60,636 bases of DNA, taken from positions 1 through 60,636 of the IMG/VR virus record IMGVR_UViG_3300027498_000003, one strand, 5' to 3'. Positions 12,592 through 21,416 of this stretch are shown in pieces. This DNA is from a virus. The position numbers and the translations under genes are program-made. The first letter of the stretch is position 1. Every line of letters begins with the position of its first letter. The notes under the pieces are model-generated. The model had not been told where the DNA came from. It saw only the letters and a list, made by a program, of their open reading frames with translations, and made no database searches.

Positions 12592-13626
12592 ATGGATCTA
12601 ACCCTGGCAGAGCAGTCTAAAGTGTTTAGCTTCTATATGAAGCACCCCATATGCCCCGGCGAGGCGTATATAAGCCCTATACCTGCATCTATCAGAGGTA
12701 AAGAAGACCATTCCCCTTCCTTTTCTATATTCTACAATAAGGAAGGGGATACTTTACTATTCAAGGATCACGGCGGCAATAATGAGAATGAAAGATCCTA
12801 CAATAAGAAGAAGCTCATAGGAGATTGTTTAGTATTCATGGTACTTATGGACTCTAAGGTTAAGTCACATAAACAGGCGTTATTTAAGTACCATACAAAA
12901 ATAAAGGATGCCAACATAGAATATAGTGCAGAGATAAAGAAAGGCGCGAGACGGCGTAATAAGCAAGCTCCTCCTATAATGTACAGAGAAACAAAGTTCA
13001 AAGACTTTGAATTAGAATGGTGGGATCAGTATAACATCTGCAGGAAGCAGCTAATTGACGAATATATATACGGATCCGACGGAATCAAAGTGAAATCTGG
13101 CGTAATCTTTGAATCATCTCCAGAATTACCCACCTTCATATATGATCTCAACTATTTTGATCCTTTAAAAACATATCAGATATATAACCCTGAATGCCCT
13201 AAGGAGTTAAAGATGAAGTGGAGGTTATGGGCCGACGATGAATCTATATCTCAATCATACTACACTACTCTGCCCGAGCAGGGAGAGACGTTCCTATTAG
13301 CATCTAGTAAGAAGGATATGTTATGTATCAAAAATTCGGGATACTTCTCAGACGCCCCCCTATCTGAATCAAATAGATTTAGGTTCCTATCTAAGTACAA
13401 AGACTATGATAGAAGATTCAAAAACAAATACATCCTATTCGACGGCGACAAGGATGGACTTATCTATGCCAAAACCCTATTAGCAGAGATAAAAAAAATA
13501 CACAGACATACCCAGTGGAAAGTAATTAAACTTAATTATCCTACAGGAACGAAAGATGTAGCCGATATAGTTAAAGCCTATGGACAAGACTGCTTATCGG
13601 ATATGTTATACAAACTTAAATTATGA
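12592..13626 (+). CDS. DNA primase (TOPRIM), Bacteroidota-phage type
   Basis: N-terminal SP..RGKEDHSPSF..FKDHG..GDC; TOPRIM-like SSKKDML, ILFDGDKDG, KDVADIVK. Confidence 0.8.
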   Translation: MDLTLAEQSKVFSFYMKHPICPGEAYISPIPASIRGKEDHSPSFSIFYNKEGDTLLFKDHGGNNENERSYNKKKLIGDCLVFMVLMDSKVKSHKQALFKYHTKIKDANIEYSAEIKKGARRRNKQAPPIMYRETKFKDFELEWWDQYNICRKQLIDEYIYGSDGIKVKSGVIFESSPELPTFIYDLNYFDPLKTYQIYNPECPKELKMKWRLWADDESISQSYYTTLPEQGETFLLASSKKDMLCIKNSGYFSDAPLSESNRFRFLSKYKDYDRRFKNKYILFDGDKDGLIYAKTLLAEIKKIHRHTQWKVIKLNYPTGTKDVADIVKAYGQDCLSDMLYKLKL

Positions 13627-13862
13627 TTAAAAAAAAGAAAATAGAAGACATACTCACTAAATGGCAAACGAAAGATTATCGAAGTAAGCAGACAGTAATA
13701 TCTGTACATGATTTTGGGTATGTGGCTGGGGAGATAATTGACGCTATTAACAAGGATACATCATCGCGGCCTATTATAGATCCTACTCCCGAAATAGATG
13801 AATCGGAGTACGTAACTGTGAAAGTCAAGGTAGGATCATACATTATACCACCGGAAGTATAA
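13623..13862 (+). CDS. Hypothetical protein at the degenerate left end of the array
   Basis: Stop TAA lies within GTATAAT; internal ATTATAC..GTATAAT pair at 13842-13863. Confidence 0.6.
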   Translation: MIKKKKIEDILTKWQTKDYRSKQTVISVHDFGYVAGEIIDAINKDTSSRPIIDPTPEIDESEYVTVKVKVGSYIIPPEV

Positions 13863-13924
13863 TACACATTATTAAGCAGTGTATGGGAAATGATAAGTAC
13901 CGTTGCTTCTAAAATTGAAACACA

Positions 13925-14167
13925 ATGATTAAGAATATGATAAAAACAATACTTGAAAAACTAAAGGTCAAGAAACCAAAAAGTAATGGTATCTTATCTA
14001 ATATTAAGTCTCGTGATTATACATTCTATAGAGTTAATAGAACTCACGTTATATACAATGGAGATCATCTTGAACTGATAGGTACTAAAGTAAGGGTATG
14101 TTATTTTGACTATATGAATAATAAAAAGTACTCTCGTAAATATATAGACAATCTTCATGAGACTTAA
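13925..14167 (+). CDS. Cassette hypothetical protein
   Basis: Starts in hairpin loop, crosses ATTAAGTC (14003), stops at the TAA of GACTTAAT. Confidence 0.7.
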   Translation: MIKNMIKTILEKLKVKKPKSNGILSNIKSRDYTFYRVNRTHVIYNGDHLELIGTKVRVCYFDYMNNKKYSRKYIDNLHET

Positions 14168-14246
14168 TGGATAGGTACATACGGTAAGGATGGATGATAA
14201 TGCTGTTGATATGTGCCGTCATAACGAAACTATTAATTGAAAACAA

Positions 14247-14483
14247 ATGAATAAAGAATACCACCTAATAAAAGAACAGACATCTGATGCTCGTGATGGC
14301 ATCATATCTGATATTAGTCGCAGTATTTACGGCTATGTTATTGAGTACAAATTAGAAACCAAGACAGAATATAGCTGGCTGATGTATACTAATCGCATAT
14401 ACACAAGTGAAATGGAAGCTATGAACAACTTAAAATTAGTCACTAAATATGAAGCCAGATTAAGGACTCTATATTACGACTAA
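14247..14483 (+). CDS. Cassette hypothetical protein
   Basis: Starts in loop, crosses ATTAGTCG (14313), stops at the TAA of CGACTAAT. Confidence 0.7.
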   Translation: MNKEYHLIKEQTSDARDGIISDISRSIYGYVIEYKLETKTEYSWLMYTNRIYTSEMEAMNNLKLVTKYEARLRTLYYD

Positions 14484-14539
14484 TGGACTGCGTACATCTC
14501 CCGTCATCTATCAAATTGCGGGAGAGCAAAATAATAAAA

Positions 14540-14707
14540 ATGAAAAAAGAGAATAAACAAAAATGGAGAACTACCGCATGGATGCTAATAGCCACATCAG
14601 CAGGAGTCCTTATAAGGCACACATGGGGAACTGAATATGTAATATCCTCAATAATAATATTAGCGGTAGGTATGTGGCTATATTCCACAGATGATAAAGC
14701 GGGATAG
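14540..14707 (+). CDS. Cassette small two-TM membrane protein
   Basis: ATG after A-rich leader; two hydrophobic segments; lies inside the hairpin loop. Confidence 0.65.
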   Translation: MKKENKQKWRTTAWMLIATSAGVLIRHTWGTEYVISSIIILAVGMWLYSTDDKAG

Positions 14708-14907
14708 GCTTGATAGATTATGGGATGATAGCGTATATTATAAGTAGGTGCAATTCAAACTGATAACCAAGTGTACAGTAGAATGATTGAACAATTCGGA
14801 TGCTAATATCTGAAAATCAATCTGCACTTACTTATAATGGATTGGCGATAACGATTGTCACCTATCAATTTTGAGGGTGGATTTTATAACGATTAAATTA
14901 AAATAAA

Positions 14908-15087
14908 ATGATAAAAATAGCAGTAACAGAAGACCAAAGAGAGCTTATTATAGACGCTTTAAATAACTACTATCACTACTCAAATAACAAAGCTACTAAT
15001 AAAGAGTCCGGTGATATAGAAAAGAAACAATACAAGTCTATAAGAGATAAGTGTAAGCGGTTAATGTCAAGGCTCGACCCCTTTTAG
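14908..15087 (+). CDS. Cassette hypothetical protein, 59 aa (absent from the ORF track)
   Basis: MIKIAVTEDQRELIIDALNNYYHYS...LDPF*, entirely inside the hairpin loop. Confidence 0.7.
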   Translation: MIKIAVTEDQRELIIDALNNYYHYSNNKATNKESGDIEKKQYKSIRDKCKRLMSRLDPF

Positions 15088-15121
15088 CGCTGGCTTGATA
15101 GGTTATAATCTGTTATCGCCT

Positions 15122-15160
15122 ATTATAGTTAAGCGATAGCGACCGTAGGTTAACTATAAT
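15122..15160. repeat. 39-bp palindromic mini-spacer, copy 1
   Basis: ATTATAGTTAAGCGATAGCGACCGTAGGTTAACTATAAT, identical to 19383-19421. Confidence 0.95.
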
Positions 15161-15226
15161 GAGATTGGCGTATGTGCCGTCTTACCCATTTTGAGCGATG
15201 GGATTTATAAAACTAAAAATCAAAAC

Positions 15227-15478
15227 ATGAAATATAGTGCTGTACACAAACAATTAATTGTAACTCCAAAAGACTTGGGAGAGGCTGCGGATTCGATACT
15301 ATGGGCAATGAAAAGGTATAGAGACCTTGCAGGAATACCATTAAAACGAAGTAAGCCAGATAGTCTTGAAGATATAGATTTTGCTGAAAAAGAAATGCTT
15401 GAAGGTCTCGGCAAGATAGGCATAGACTTAGGGGCGAAGTGGGGTTATGAACTCGACCTTAGCGGGCTGGATGGTTAA
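15227..15478 (+). CDS. Cassette hypothetical protein
   Basis: ATG after A-rich leader inside the loop. Confidence 0.7.
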   Translation: MKYSAVHKQLIVTPKDLGEAADSILWAMKRYRDLAGIPLKRSKPDSLEDIDFAEKEMLEGLGKIGIDLGAKWGYELDLSGLDG

Positions 15479-15585
15479 TATGGTCATCATGTATCATATT
15501 ATCAGCTCCGTAGCGAAGCGGAGTTGCTGATAATGGATTGCAGACATGCGGTGGACTTATTAATTAATATTAACAATAAATATTT

Positions 15586-15879
15586 ATGACAGAGCAAGTA
15601 CTTATAGGAGTAATCAGACAAGGTGCAATAGAGCTGAGAGATGAAAAATATCAGTTAGAAAGAAATGGATTGTCAAAAGCAATAAAAGATGCCGTTGATA
15701 GTCTAGAAACCTTAATTAATAAGTCTAATGTCATATCGCCTATTATAGAGAGGGATTGCGTGGAGGCTTGCAAGACTGTAGTAGAATCTTATGAAGGTGA
15801 CGGAATGGAAAATATGGACAATAGAGATCAAGTAATGTACGATACTTGCAAAAAAGCGTTGGCGAATCATTCTCTATAA
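15586..15879 (+). CDS. Cassette hypothetical protein
   Basis: Crosses ATTATAGAGA (15742), stops at the TAA of TCTCTATAAT. Confidence 0.7.
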   Translation: MTEQVLIGVIRQGAIELRDEKYQLERNGLSKAIKDAVDSLETLINKSNVISPIIERDCVEACKTVVESYEGDGMENMDNRDQVMYDTCKKALANHSL

Positions 15880-15990
15880 TGTACAAAGACATCCATCGTC
15901 TGCGAAGCATATGATGTGATCGTCGGTTATTATATGCTGACTCCCACCAATACAAAACTAAATTTTAAACACTTAAAAAATAAAAAAGCG

Positions 15991-16197
15991 ATGGCAAATC
16001 ACACAGAAATTAGATGGAGCTCAGGACAAGATGAATACACGGTATCAGAGATAGAATATATGTTACAATCTCAAAGGGCAATGATATACAACGATATTAA
16101 TCACCTAATACGTCAACAGAAAGGCAGCGGTAAAAGGTCTAAGGAAGAAATAGAGATAATGGACTACCTAAGAGACCCAAGGAAGGTAGAGATATAG
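15991..16197 (+). CDS. Cassette hypothetical protein
   Basis: Between ATTATATGC (15929) and GCATATAAT (ending 16267). Confidence 0.65.
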   Translation: MANHTEIRWSSGQDEYTVSEIEYMLQSQRAMIYNDINHLIRQQKGSGKRSKEEIEIMDYLRDPRKVEI

Positions 16198-16340
16198 GCT
16201 TTTATTTTTTATGCCAAGTTCAACTACAATCTTTAAATCGAAGAACCGAACTTAGCTTGCATATAATGTAGAATTGTAATCACTGTGCGATAGCATGGTG
16301 TATTACATATTATTAACTGCTGTTTTTAAAGTATTTTACG

Positions 16341-16604
16341 ATGAAATTAATATTATGTAGAAAGTGTCAAGACGTGGTTCGGCTGATGCAAGATGAAGTA
16401 AGAACCTGTAAGTGTGGAGAATGCAGTGGTCAATATACTGACGACTTAAACGCATGGTACAAAGGTGAACAAGCTGTCCCATTAGGGTTTGCCAACCACT
16501 CATTAGTCAATGCTGTAGTTAATCAGCCGAAAGAGGGATGGGGAGAAGATTTCAAGGCTTTTGTTATACCCGAATCTTGTGATACTTTTAAAAATTGCAG
16601 TTAA
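16341..16604 (+). CDS. Cassette Zn-ribbon protein
   Basis: CRKCQD..CKCGEC; between ATTAACTGC and GCAGTTAAT, with its stop in the latter. Confidence 0.75.
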   Translation: MKLILCRKCQDVVRLMQDEVRTCKCGECSGQYTDDLNAWYKGEQAVPLGFANHSLVNAVVNQPKEGWGEDFKAFVIPESCDTFKNCS

Positions 16605-16676
16605 TGTCAATGATAACCATAGCGTAACGGGGTGGAGTTATGTGTTATCTATTATTATACTCCGTAAATTATAAAT

Positions 16677-16955
16677 GTGATAACTAAGAGTGAAATACTA
16701 AAAAAAGGGTGGGTGGAGTCCCTACCCGAGTTCCTTATGGTCACAACAGGGGGTATACCCAAGTACTATGTCTATGTAAAACAAAAAGGTAAAAGAATAA
16801 CTATATATAAAATGACCATAGGAGGAGCCTTGATGTGTAATAAAACTTTAAAGATACAAATTAAAAGAGATATAATATTTAAAGGGACTCTTAGTGGGGC
16901 TGAGGACTTAAACAAACTGATGATGATGCTAAGGATAATCCCTTATGGAGTATAA
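16677..16955 (+). CDS. Cassette hypothetical protein (similar to 26037-26417)
   Basis: Between ATTATACTCC and GGAGTATAAT; ILKKGW..IFKG..L..LM..L.I pattern. Confidence 0.7.
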   Translation: MITKSEILKKGWVESLPEFLMVTTGGIPKYYVYVKQKGKRITIYKMTIGGALMCNKTLKIQIKRDIIFKGTLSGAEDLNKLMMMLRIIPYGV

Positions 16956-17037
16956 TGGAGAATTATATCGAGAGGATGAGGCACGAATCTTCTCTGATAT
17001 GTATTATTATATGTCGTGACAACACAAAACGTAAATA

Positions 17038-17250
17038 ATGAAAGTATACGAAATAATTAAGATTACAGGATTAGGAGTAATGGAATGTCCAAGTAAAACA
17101 CATCCAACTGGTATGATATATGACACTAAAGAAGCTGCCCAAAATAAAGCAAATGAACTATGGTTAGAAAATACTACTGACGAAGAAAGAAAGTCTGGAT
17201 GGTGTCCACTCAATTACTCCGTGTCTGAGGTGGAAATACAATCTGCATGA
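17038..17250 (+). CDS. Cassette hypothetical protein
   Basis: Between ATTATATGTC and GACATATAAT. Confidence 0.7.
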   Translation: MKVYEIIKITGLGVMECPSKTHPTGMIYDTKEAAQNKANELWLENTTDEERKSGWCPLNYSVSEVEIQSA

Positions 17251-17324
17251 CATATAATGAAAAATTGTATCTCCCGTCTCATTTTCTTTTTGTGGGAGGA
17301 TTGAAAACTTAAAATATAAAACAA

Positions 17325-17717
17325 ATGACTAAATCTGAATTATTAGAAGATGTAAAATTCTTAGCACAAAGGCAAAGTAGGGCAGGCTCTTTCGGTGGTC
17401 ACGGAGATAGAAGATATGTAGGCAGTAGCAGCAACTCTATTGTGTCAATCGCATATGGCGTAGCTGAATTAAAAGATCAATATATGCCAGGGGATGGCGC
17501 TGATGTACAGAGTTGCATAAATATGTGGACAATACAACTACCTAACCACCGAAAGAAAGGGAAGGCATTAAAGGCTTATCAGTCTGCCATAAATTCCGAA
17601 TGGTATTATAAAAATACATATAGGCAATGTCCAAAATGCGAAGGATTAAGTAAAAAAGAGACTGATAAATGCGATTGGTGTGGGGAGGCAATAGGAAAAG
17701 AAAATGATATGGCATGA
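17325..17717 (+). CDS. Cassette protein with C-terminal Zn ribbon
   Basis: CPKC..CDWC; inside the loop, stop within the right arm. Confidence 0.7.
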   Translation: MTKSELLEDVKFLAQRQSRAGSFGGHGDRRYVGSSSNSIVSIAYGVAELKDQYMPGDGADVQSCINMWTIQLPNHRKKGKALKAYQSAINSEWYYKNTYRQCPKCEGLSKKETDKCDWCGEAIGKENDMA

Positions 17718-17799
17718 TACATATTATTATAATGGATAGTGATAATCACTGCTTTCTTCATCTTTTGAGGGAGGCTTTACTAAAAATTAAATCATAAAA

Positions 17800-18030
17800 A
17801 TGGTAGTTGCTTTAGGAAAAATCGTGGTCGAGATGACCGAGGAGGAATTTAATAAACTTGCTGTAGCAAAAAATAAGCGTGACTTAGTAGAGGCTAAAGA
17901 AGATATAGATAATGGTATTGCCCATGATGATGAATGGGACAAAGCAAATAACGCTTATTGTGCGGTTTATAAACAACTCTTAGAATCAAGAAAACCTATC
18001 TCGACCTTTGAAGAACAATTGTTTATTTGA
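17800..18030 (+). CDS. Cassette hypothetical protein
   Basis: Flanked by GAGGGAGG direct repeats (17767, 18029). Confidence 0.65.
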   Translation: MVVALGKIVVEMTEEEFNKLAVAKNKRDLVEAKEDIDNGIAHDDEWDKANNAYCAVYKQLLESRKPISTFEEQLFI

Positions 18031-18119
18031 GGGAGGGGATAGACGACTTGCGTACTACCGATAATATACTGATGGTAGTCTGAGGATTTTTTGACAGTAA
18101 ATGAAAAACTAAATTAAAT

Positions 18120-18389
18120 ATGAACGAATTATTATTAAGATGGTGGAACGAGGAAAGAAAAAGCTGGTCTGTTATAGATGATACAGATTTATGTGGATAT
18201 GATGATTTATGTGACTTCGCAAGGTGGGTAAACCTAAATGCCAGTCAAAAATCTTCTGTACTACCATCTATTATCTCAGAGAGCGAAGCGAACGGCGTAT
18301 GCTCTGACTGCGATGGCGACAGAATATATGAAGAATATGGCTCTACTTATCCGTGCGAAACTTGTAACGGAACTGGGAAGAGCATATGA
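18120..18389 (+). CDS. Cassette protein with DnaJ-like CxxCxG Zn finger
   Basis: CSDCDG..PCETCNGTG encoded in the ATTATCTC..GAGATAAT segment. Confidence 0.7.
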   Translation: MNELLLRWWNEERKSWSVIDDTDLCGYDDLCDFARWVNLNASQKSSVLPSIISESEANGVCSDCDGDRIYEEYGSTYPCETCNGTGKSI

Positions 18390-18467
18390 GAGATAATGTA
18401 GTTGTGATAAGATGAGTTAAATCCTACTTTGAGGGTAGGCAAATTAGTAAACAATAAAATTAGAAAT

Positions 18468-18662
18468 ATGGAAGATTTTAAGAACCAAATAGTAGGTCAA
18501 CTAAAAGCACAGGGCAAAGAATCTGCTGCTAATGTAATGAAAGGTCGTCATGTAGTAGTAGTAAAATACTGTGAGCAAAAAGGATGGGATATGAACGACC
18601 TATCATTTGATAAAATACTTGAGATTAGGAAGACCGATGCTTGGAAGAACGGTGATGTATAA
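18468..18662 (+). CDS. Cassette hypothetical protein
   Basis: ATG after A-rich leader. Confidence 0.65.
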   Translation: MEDFKNQIVGQLKAQGKESAANVMKGRHVVVVKYCEQKGWDMNDLSFDKILEIRKTDAWKNGDV

Positions 18663-18753
18663 GCGTGGTAAGGATGGATGATATAATGTATGAGTACATC
18701 TCCCGTCTTACTATCATTTGAGGGAGGCATTAAATAAACTAAACAATTTTAAA

Positions 18754-19002
18754 ATGGATAAACCTATAAAATTAATACAAGGAGAAACTTATATCTTCCA
18801 AAAAAGAACATACCCGAATCCAGTAAAGAAACTGAAAATCAGGGAGCTTACGAAGACTTCTATCTATGTCCAAGATGTAGACCAAGAAAATAGCTACAGA
18901 GATGAGTTACACACCTTTAACCGAGAGTGGAAACCAATAGAAGTCATGCCAAATAAATTAATCGAAAGTCTAATGAGGGAGGCTGATAGTAATATGGGAT
19001 GA
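18754..19002 (+). CDS. Cassette hypothetical protein
   Basis: Inside the loop; GAGGGAGGC at 18720 and 18975. Confidence 0.65.
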   Translation: MDKPIKLIQGETYIFQKRTYPNPVKKLKIRELTKTSIYVQDVDQENSYRDELHTFNREWKPIEVMPNKLIESLMREADSNMG

Positions 19003-19118
19003 TGTACGGTATTATAATGCAGCCTAGCGACCCAACGGGTGCATTATAATGGCATGGCGATCATGTTCTGTCTAATTTTTATTAGCGTGAGATATTCCAC
19101 AAAATTTAAACTTGAAAA

Positions 19119-19400
19119 ATGAATAACTGGATTAACGTAAATGATAGGCTGCCTACCATAGGTGATGAGGTTTTAATTATAGACAACGATAGCAGTGTCG
19201 GGATTGCATTTTTAAATAAAGGATTAAAATGGTATGAAGCACAGACGTGGACTTTTGTATCAGGTGATTGGGGACACTACGACAATGATACAGAAGTGGA
19301 TAATAAAGTTACCCACTGGCAGCCGATTCCCGAAGCACCAAGTGAAGAAGTAGAGCAAAGATCAGATGGAATCATATCGCCTATTATAGTTAAGCGATAG
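19119..19400 (+). CDS. DUF551-like phage protein
   Basis: WINVNDRLP...VTHWQPIPEAP. Confidence 0.85.
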   Translation: MNNWINVNDRLPTIGDEVLIIDNDSSVGIAFLNKGLKWYEAQTWTFVSGDWGHYDNDTEVDNKVTHWQPIPEAPSEEVEQRSDGIISPIIVKR

Positions 19401-19421
19401 CGACCGTAGGTTAACTATAAT
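19383..19421. repeat. 39-bp palindromic mini-spacer, copy 2
   Basis: Identical to 15122-15160; both copies are preceded by TATCGCCT. Confidence 0.95.
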
Positions 19422-19480
19422 GGATTGAGTATAAAAATCGTCTATCCTATATTTGAGGATGAGCATAACCAAAATAAATT

Positions 19481-19678
19481 ATGACAGAAAAACAATACAT
19501 AGAAGTAAAAGCACTCGGAACTATAACCGCTGCAATAAATACGCTAAGAGACTTAGTACCAGCCAATCTAACCCATATAATCAAAGAGAGTGAAGCCAAA
19601 AAAACCATAGGTACATTAATGGAGTGGCAAGACAGATTATTTGAAGTTTTACAGATAAACCAAGATGAAGAAGAGTAA
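19481..19678 (+). CDS. Cassette hypothetical protein
   Basis: ORF with A-rich leader. Confidence 0.65.
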   Translation: MTEKQYIEVKALGTITAAINTLRDLVPANLTHIIKESEAKKTIGTLMEWQDRLFEVLQINQDEEE

Positions 19679-19785
19679 AGGGTACAAGTCGCTTATGGTG
19701 GCGGTAGCGAAAAATAATATTGTACATAATGTGGAGTGATAGTGAGAGTCTATTTTTTAATTTAGCGAGAGCAAAAAAAACACAA

Positions 19786-20046
19786 ATGTCAATAGTAAAA
19801 TACTTCATCAAGGATAATGTAAAAACATTCAGTAACAAACAAGCTGTAAACGACGGATGGGATGCGGAACTAAATGAAGAAGCGTTGATTGGACTAATCC
19901 TTGAAGACAGAAGCAATCCTAAACACAAAGTCAAAATCAAAGGATTGAATTACCACTTAGGAACTATGATAGTCCATTGGGAAGAGGGAGGCTGGAACTG
20001 CTTAGATCATGCGGTAGAACAATTTAAGAGGGTTGGCAAAAAATAG
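19786..20046 (+). CDS. Cassette hypothetical protein
   Basis: Inside the loop; stop TAG in the right arm. Confidence 0.65.
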   Translation: MSIVKYFIKDNVKTFSNKQAVNDGWDAELNEEALIGLILEDRSNPKHKVKIKGLNYHLGTMIVHWEEGGWNCLDHAVEQFKRVGKK

Positions 20047-20180
20047 ATTCTCTACTATCACATATTATCATAATGAACGTAGTGAATGACGGTGAGGTAC
20101 GAACTGGATGATAATGAATGGTGATAAGTGTAGTTTTCTATCAATTTGAGTAAAGCAATTTTTAAATCTAAATAAATATT

Positions 20181-20456
20181 ATGAGTCACCACAGGATTAA
20201 GACTAAATACGAAAATGATACAGGTATGGGTATAGTCGAACAAAAGACACTATATATGGACATCAATAATTCTTGCGATGTAGTAACAATAAGGGATGAT
20301 GATGGTAGTGTTATCTATAGCTACGGTGAAGGTAGTAACAACTTTGAAGATGCTCTTATACGACTAATCAAAGGAATGCCCGAAACTGATGACACTATCG
20401 AGCGATGGGATAAGGAAGACCTGTATCTGCACGGAGTGCTAAAGAGGGAGGCTTGA
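20181..20456 (+). CDS. Cassette hypothetical protein
   Basis: Inside the loop; stop TGA at the start of the right arm. Confidence 0.7.
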   Translation: MSHHRIKTKYENDTGMGIVEQKTLYMDINNSCDVVTIRDDDGSVIYSYGEGSNNFEDALIRLIKGMPETDDTIERWDKEDLYLHGVLKREA

Positions 20457-20578
20457 TAGAAAATTATCATCTTATCACATATTATACGGAGTCATTAGCG
20501 TGGCTTCGTGTGATAGGATGATTCCGTATAATGGACTGCGTATAAAATGAGTGCGACATTAAACACTAAAATATAATT

Positions 20579-20869
20579 ATGGAAGAAATAGTCAATTGCC
20601 CTCTTTGTGGGAGGGAGGAAGAATACGGAAATATGTATGAGTACAGAGGTGCTTTATCTTGCGGAGAATGCTTTGAGGAATCACAGAAGAAAAGAGACGT
20701 GGAAAGAGCAGAGGTTATCACTGAAGAAAAATCCAAGACAGATAAATTCAAAGGATTAGACCTAAGTGACAGCACGATAGGTAAGGCTAACAAGCATATA
20801 CTTAAAAGCGATATAGAGATAGCAAAAAAAGAGGGCTTACGAATAGCTAAATACGAAGGTAGAATCTAA
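20579..20869 (+). CDS. Cassette Zn-ribbon protein
   Basis: CPLC..CGEC; inside the loop. Confidence 0.7.
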   Translation: MEEIVNCPLCGREEEYGNMYEYRGALSCGECFEESQKKRDVERAEVITEEKSKTDKFKGLDLSDSTIGKANKHILKSDIEIAKKEGLRIAKYEGRI

Positions 20870-20994
20870 GCATTCATTTTTATACGCTATTATCAGTAAG
20901 CGAAGCGACCCTTTAGGTTACTTATAATGGATTGCGTATAAACTTAGTCTCACCCTTATGCGGGTGGGCGATTAAATAACTTTTAAAATTATAA

Positions 20995-21276
20995 ATGATG
21001 GAATTATACAAAATAGATTCTGGCGAAATAGAATACGTTGCCGCTGAAAGCCTGGTGAAGCTATTCATCTTCTACAAAGAAGAAACTGGCGAAGACTTAT
21101 TAGACATGGACGCTAGTGTAACAAATGTTCATAAATCTAAGTGGCCACACATGAAAATATACGACTCAGATGAAACAGATGAAAATAATGAGCCTCTTTA
21201 TATCCAAACATTTGAAGAAGCCATGAGCGATAAATCATTGCATAAGCCTTGCTTCATAGCATCTTCGGTTTATTAG
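20995..21276 (+). CDS. Cassette hypothetical protein (similar to 31409-31693)
   Basis: Inside the loop; V..S.W...KI and C-terminal IASS/LATT pattern shared. Confidence 0.7.
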   Translation: MMELYKIDSGEIEYVAAESLVKLFIFYKEETGEDLLDMDASVTNVHKSKWPHMKIYDSDETDENNEPLYIQTFEEAMSDKSLHKPCFIASSVY

Positions 21277-21416
21277 AGTTAGGCAAGGGTGATATTAAGT
21301 TTTATACGCCATTATAGTGAGTGCTTCGGGTTGGCATTTGTGGGCTTGCTGCATTCACTATAATGTATAGTGATATGCTCTGTATTTTTTAGATATTTTA
21401 AAACGAAAATAAATTC

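Noticed and set aside
14483-19785. Extended N-termini given by the ORF track for cassette genes (14483, 15191, 15916, 18429, 18718, 19720)
   Set aside because: These starts fall within hairpin arms or junctions; downstream ATGs with A-rich leaders (14540, 15227, 15991, 18468, 18754, 19786) are more plausible.
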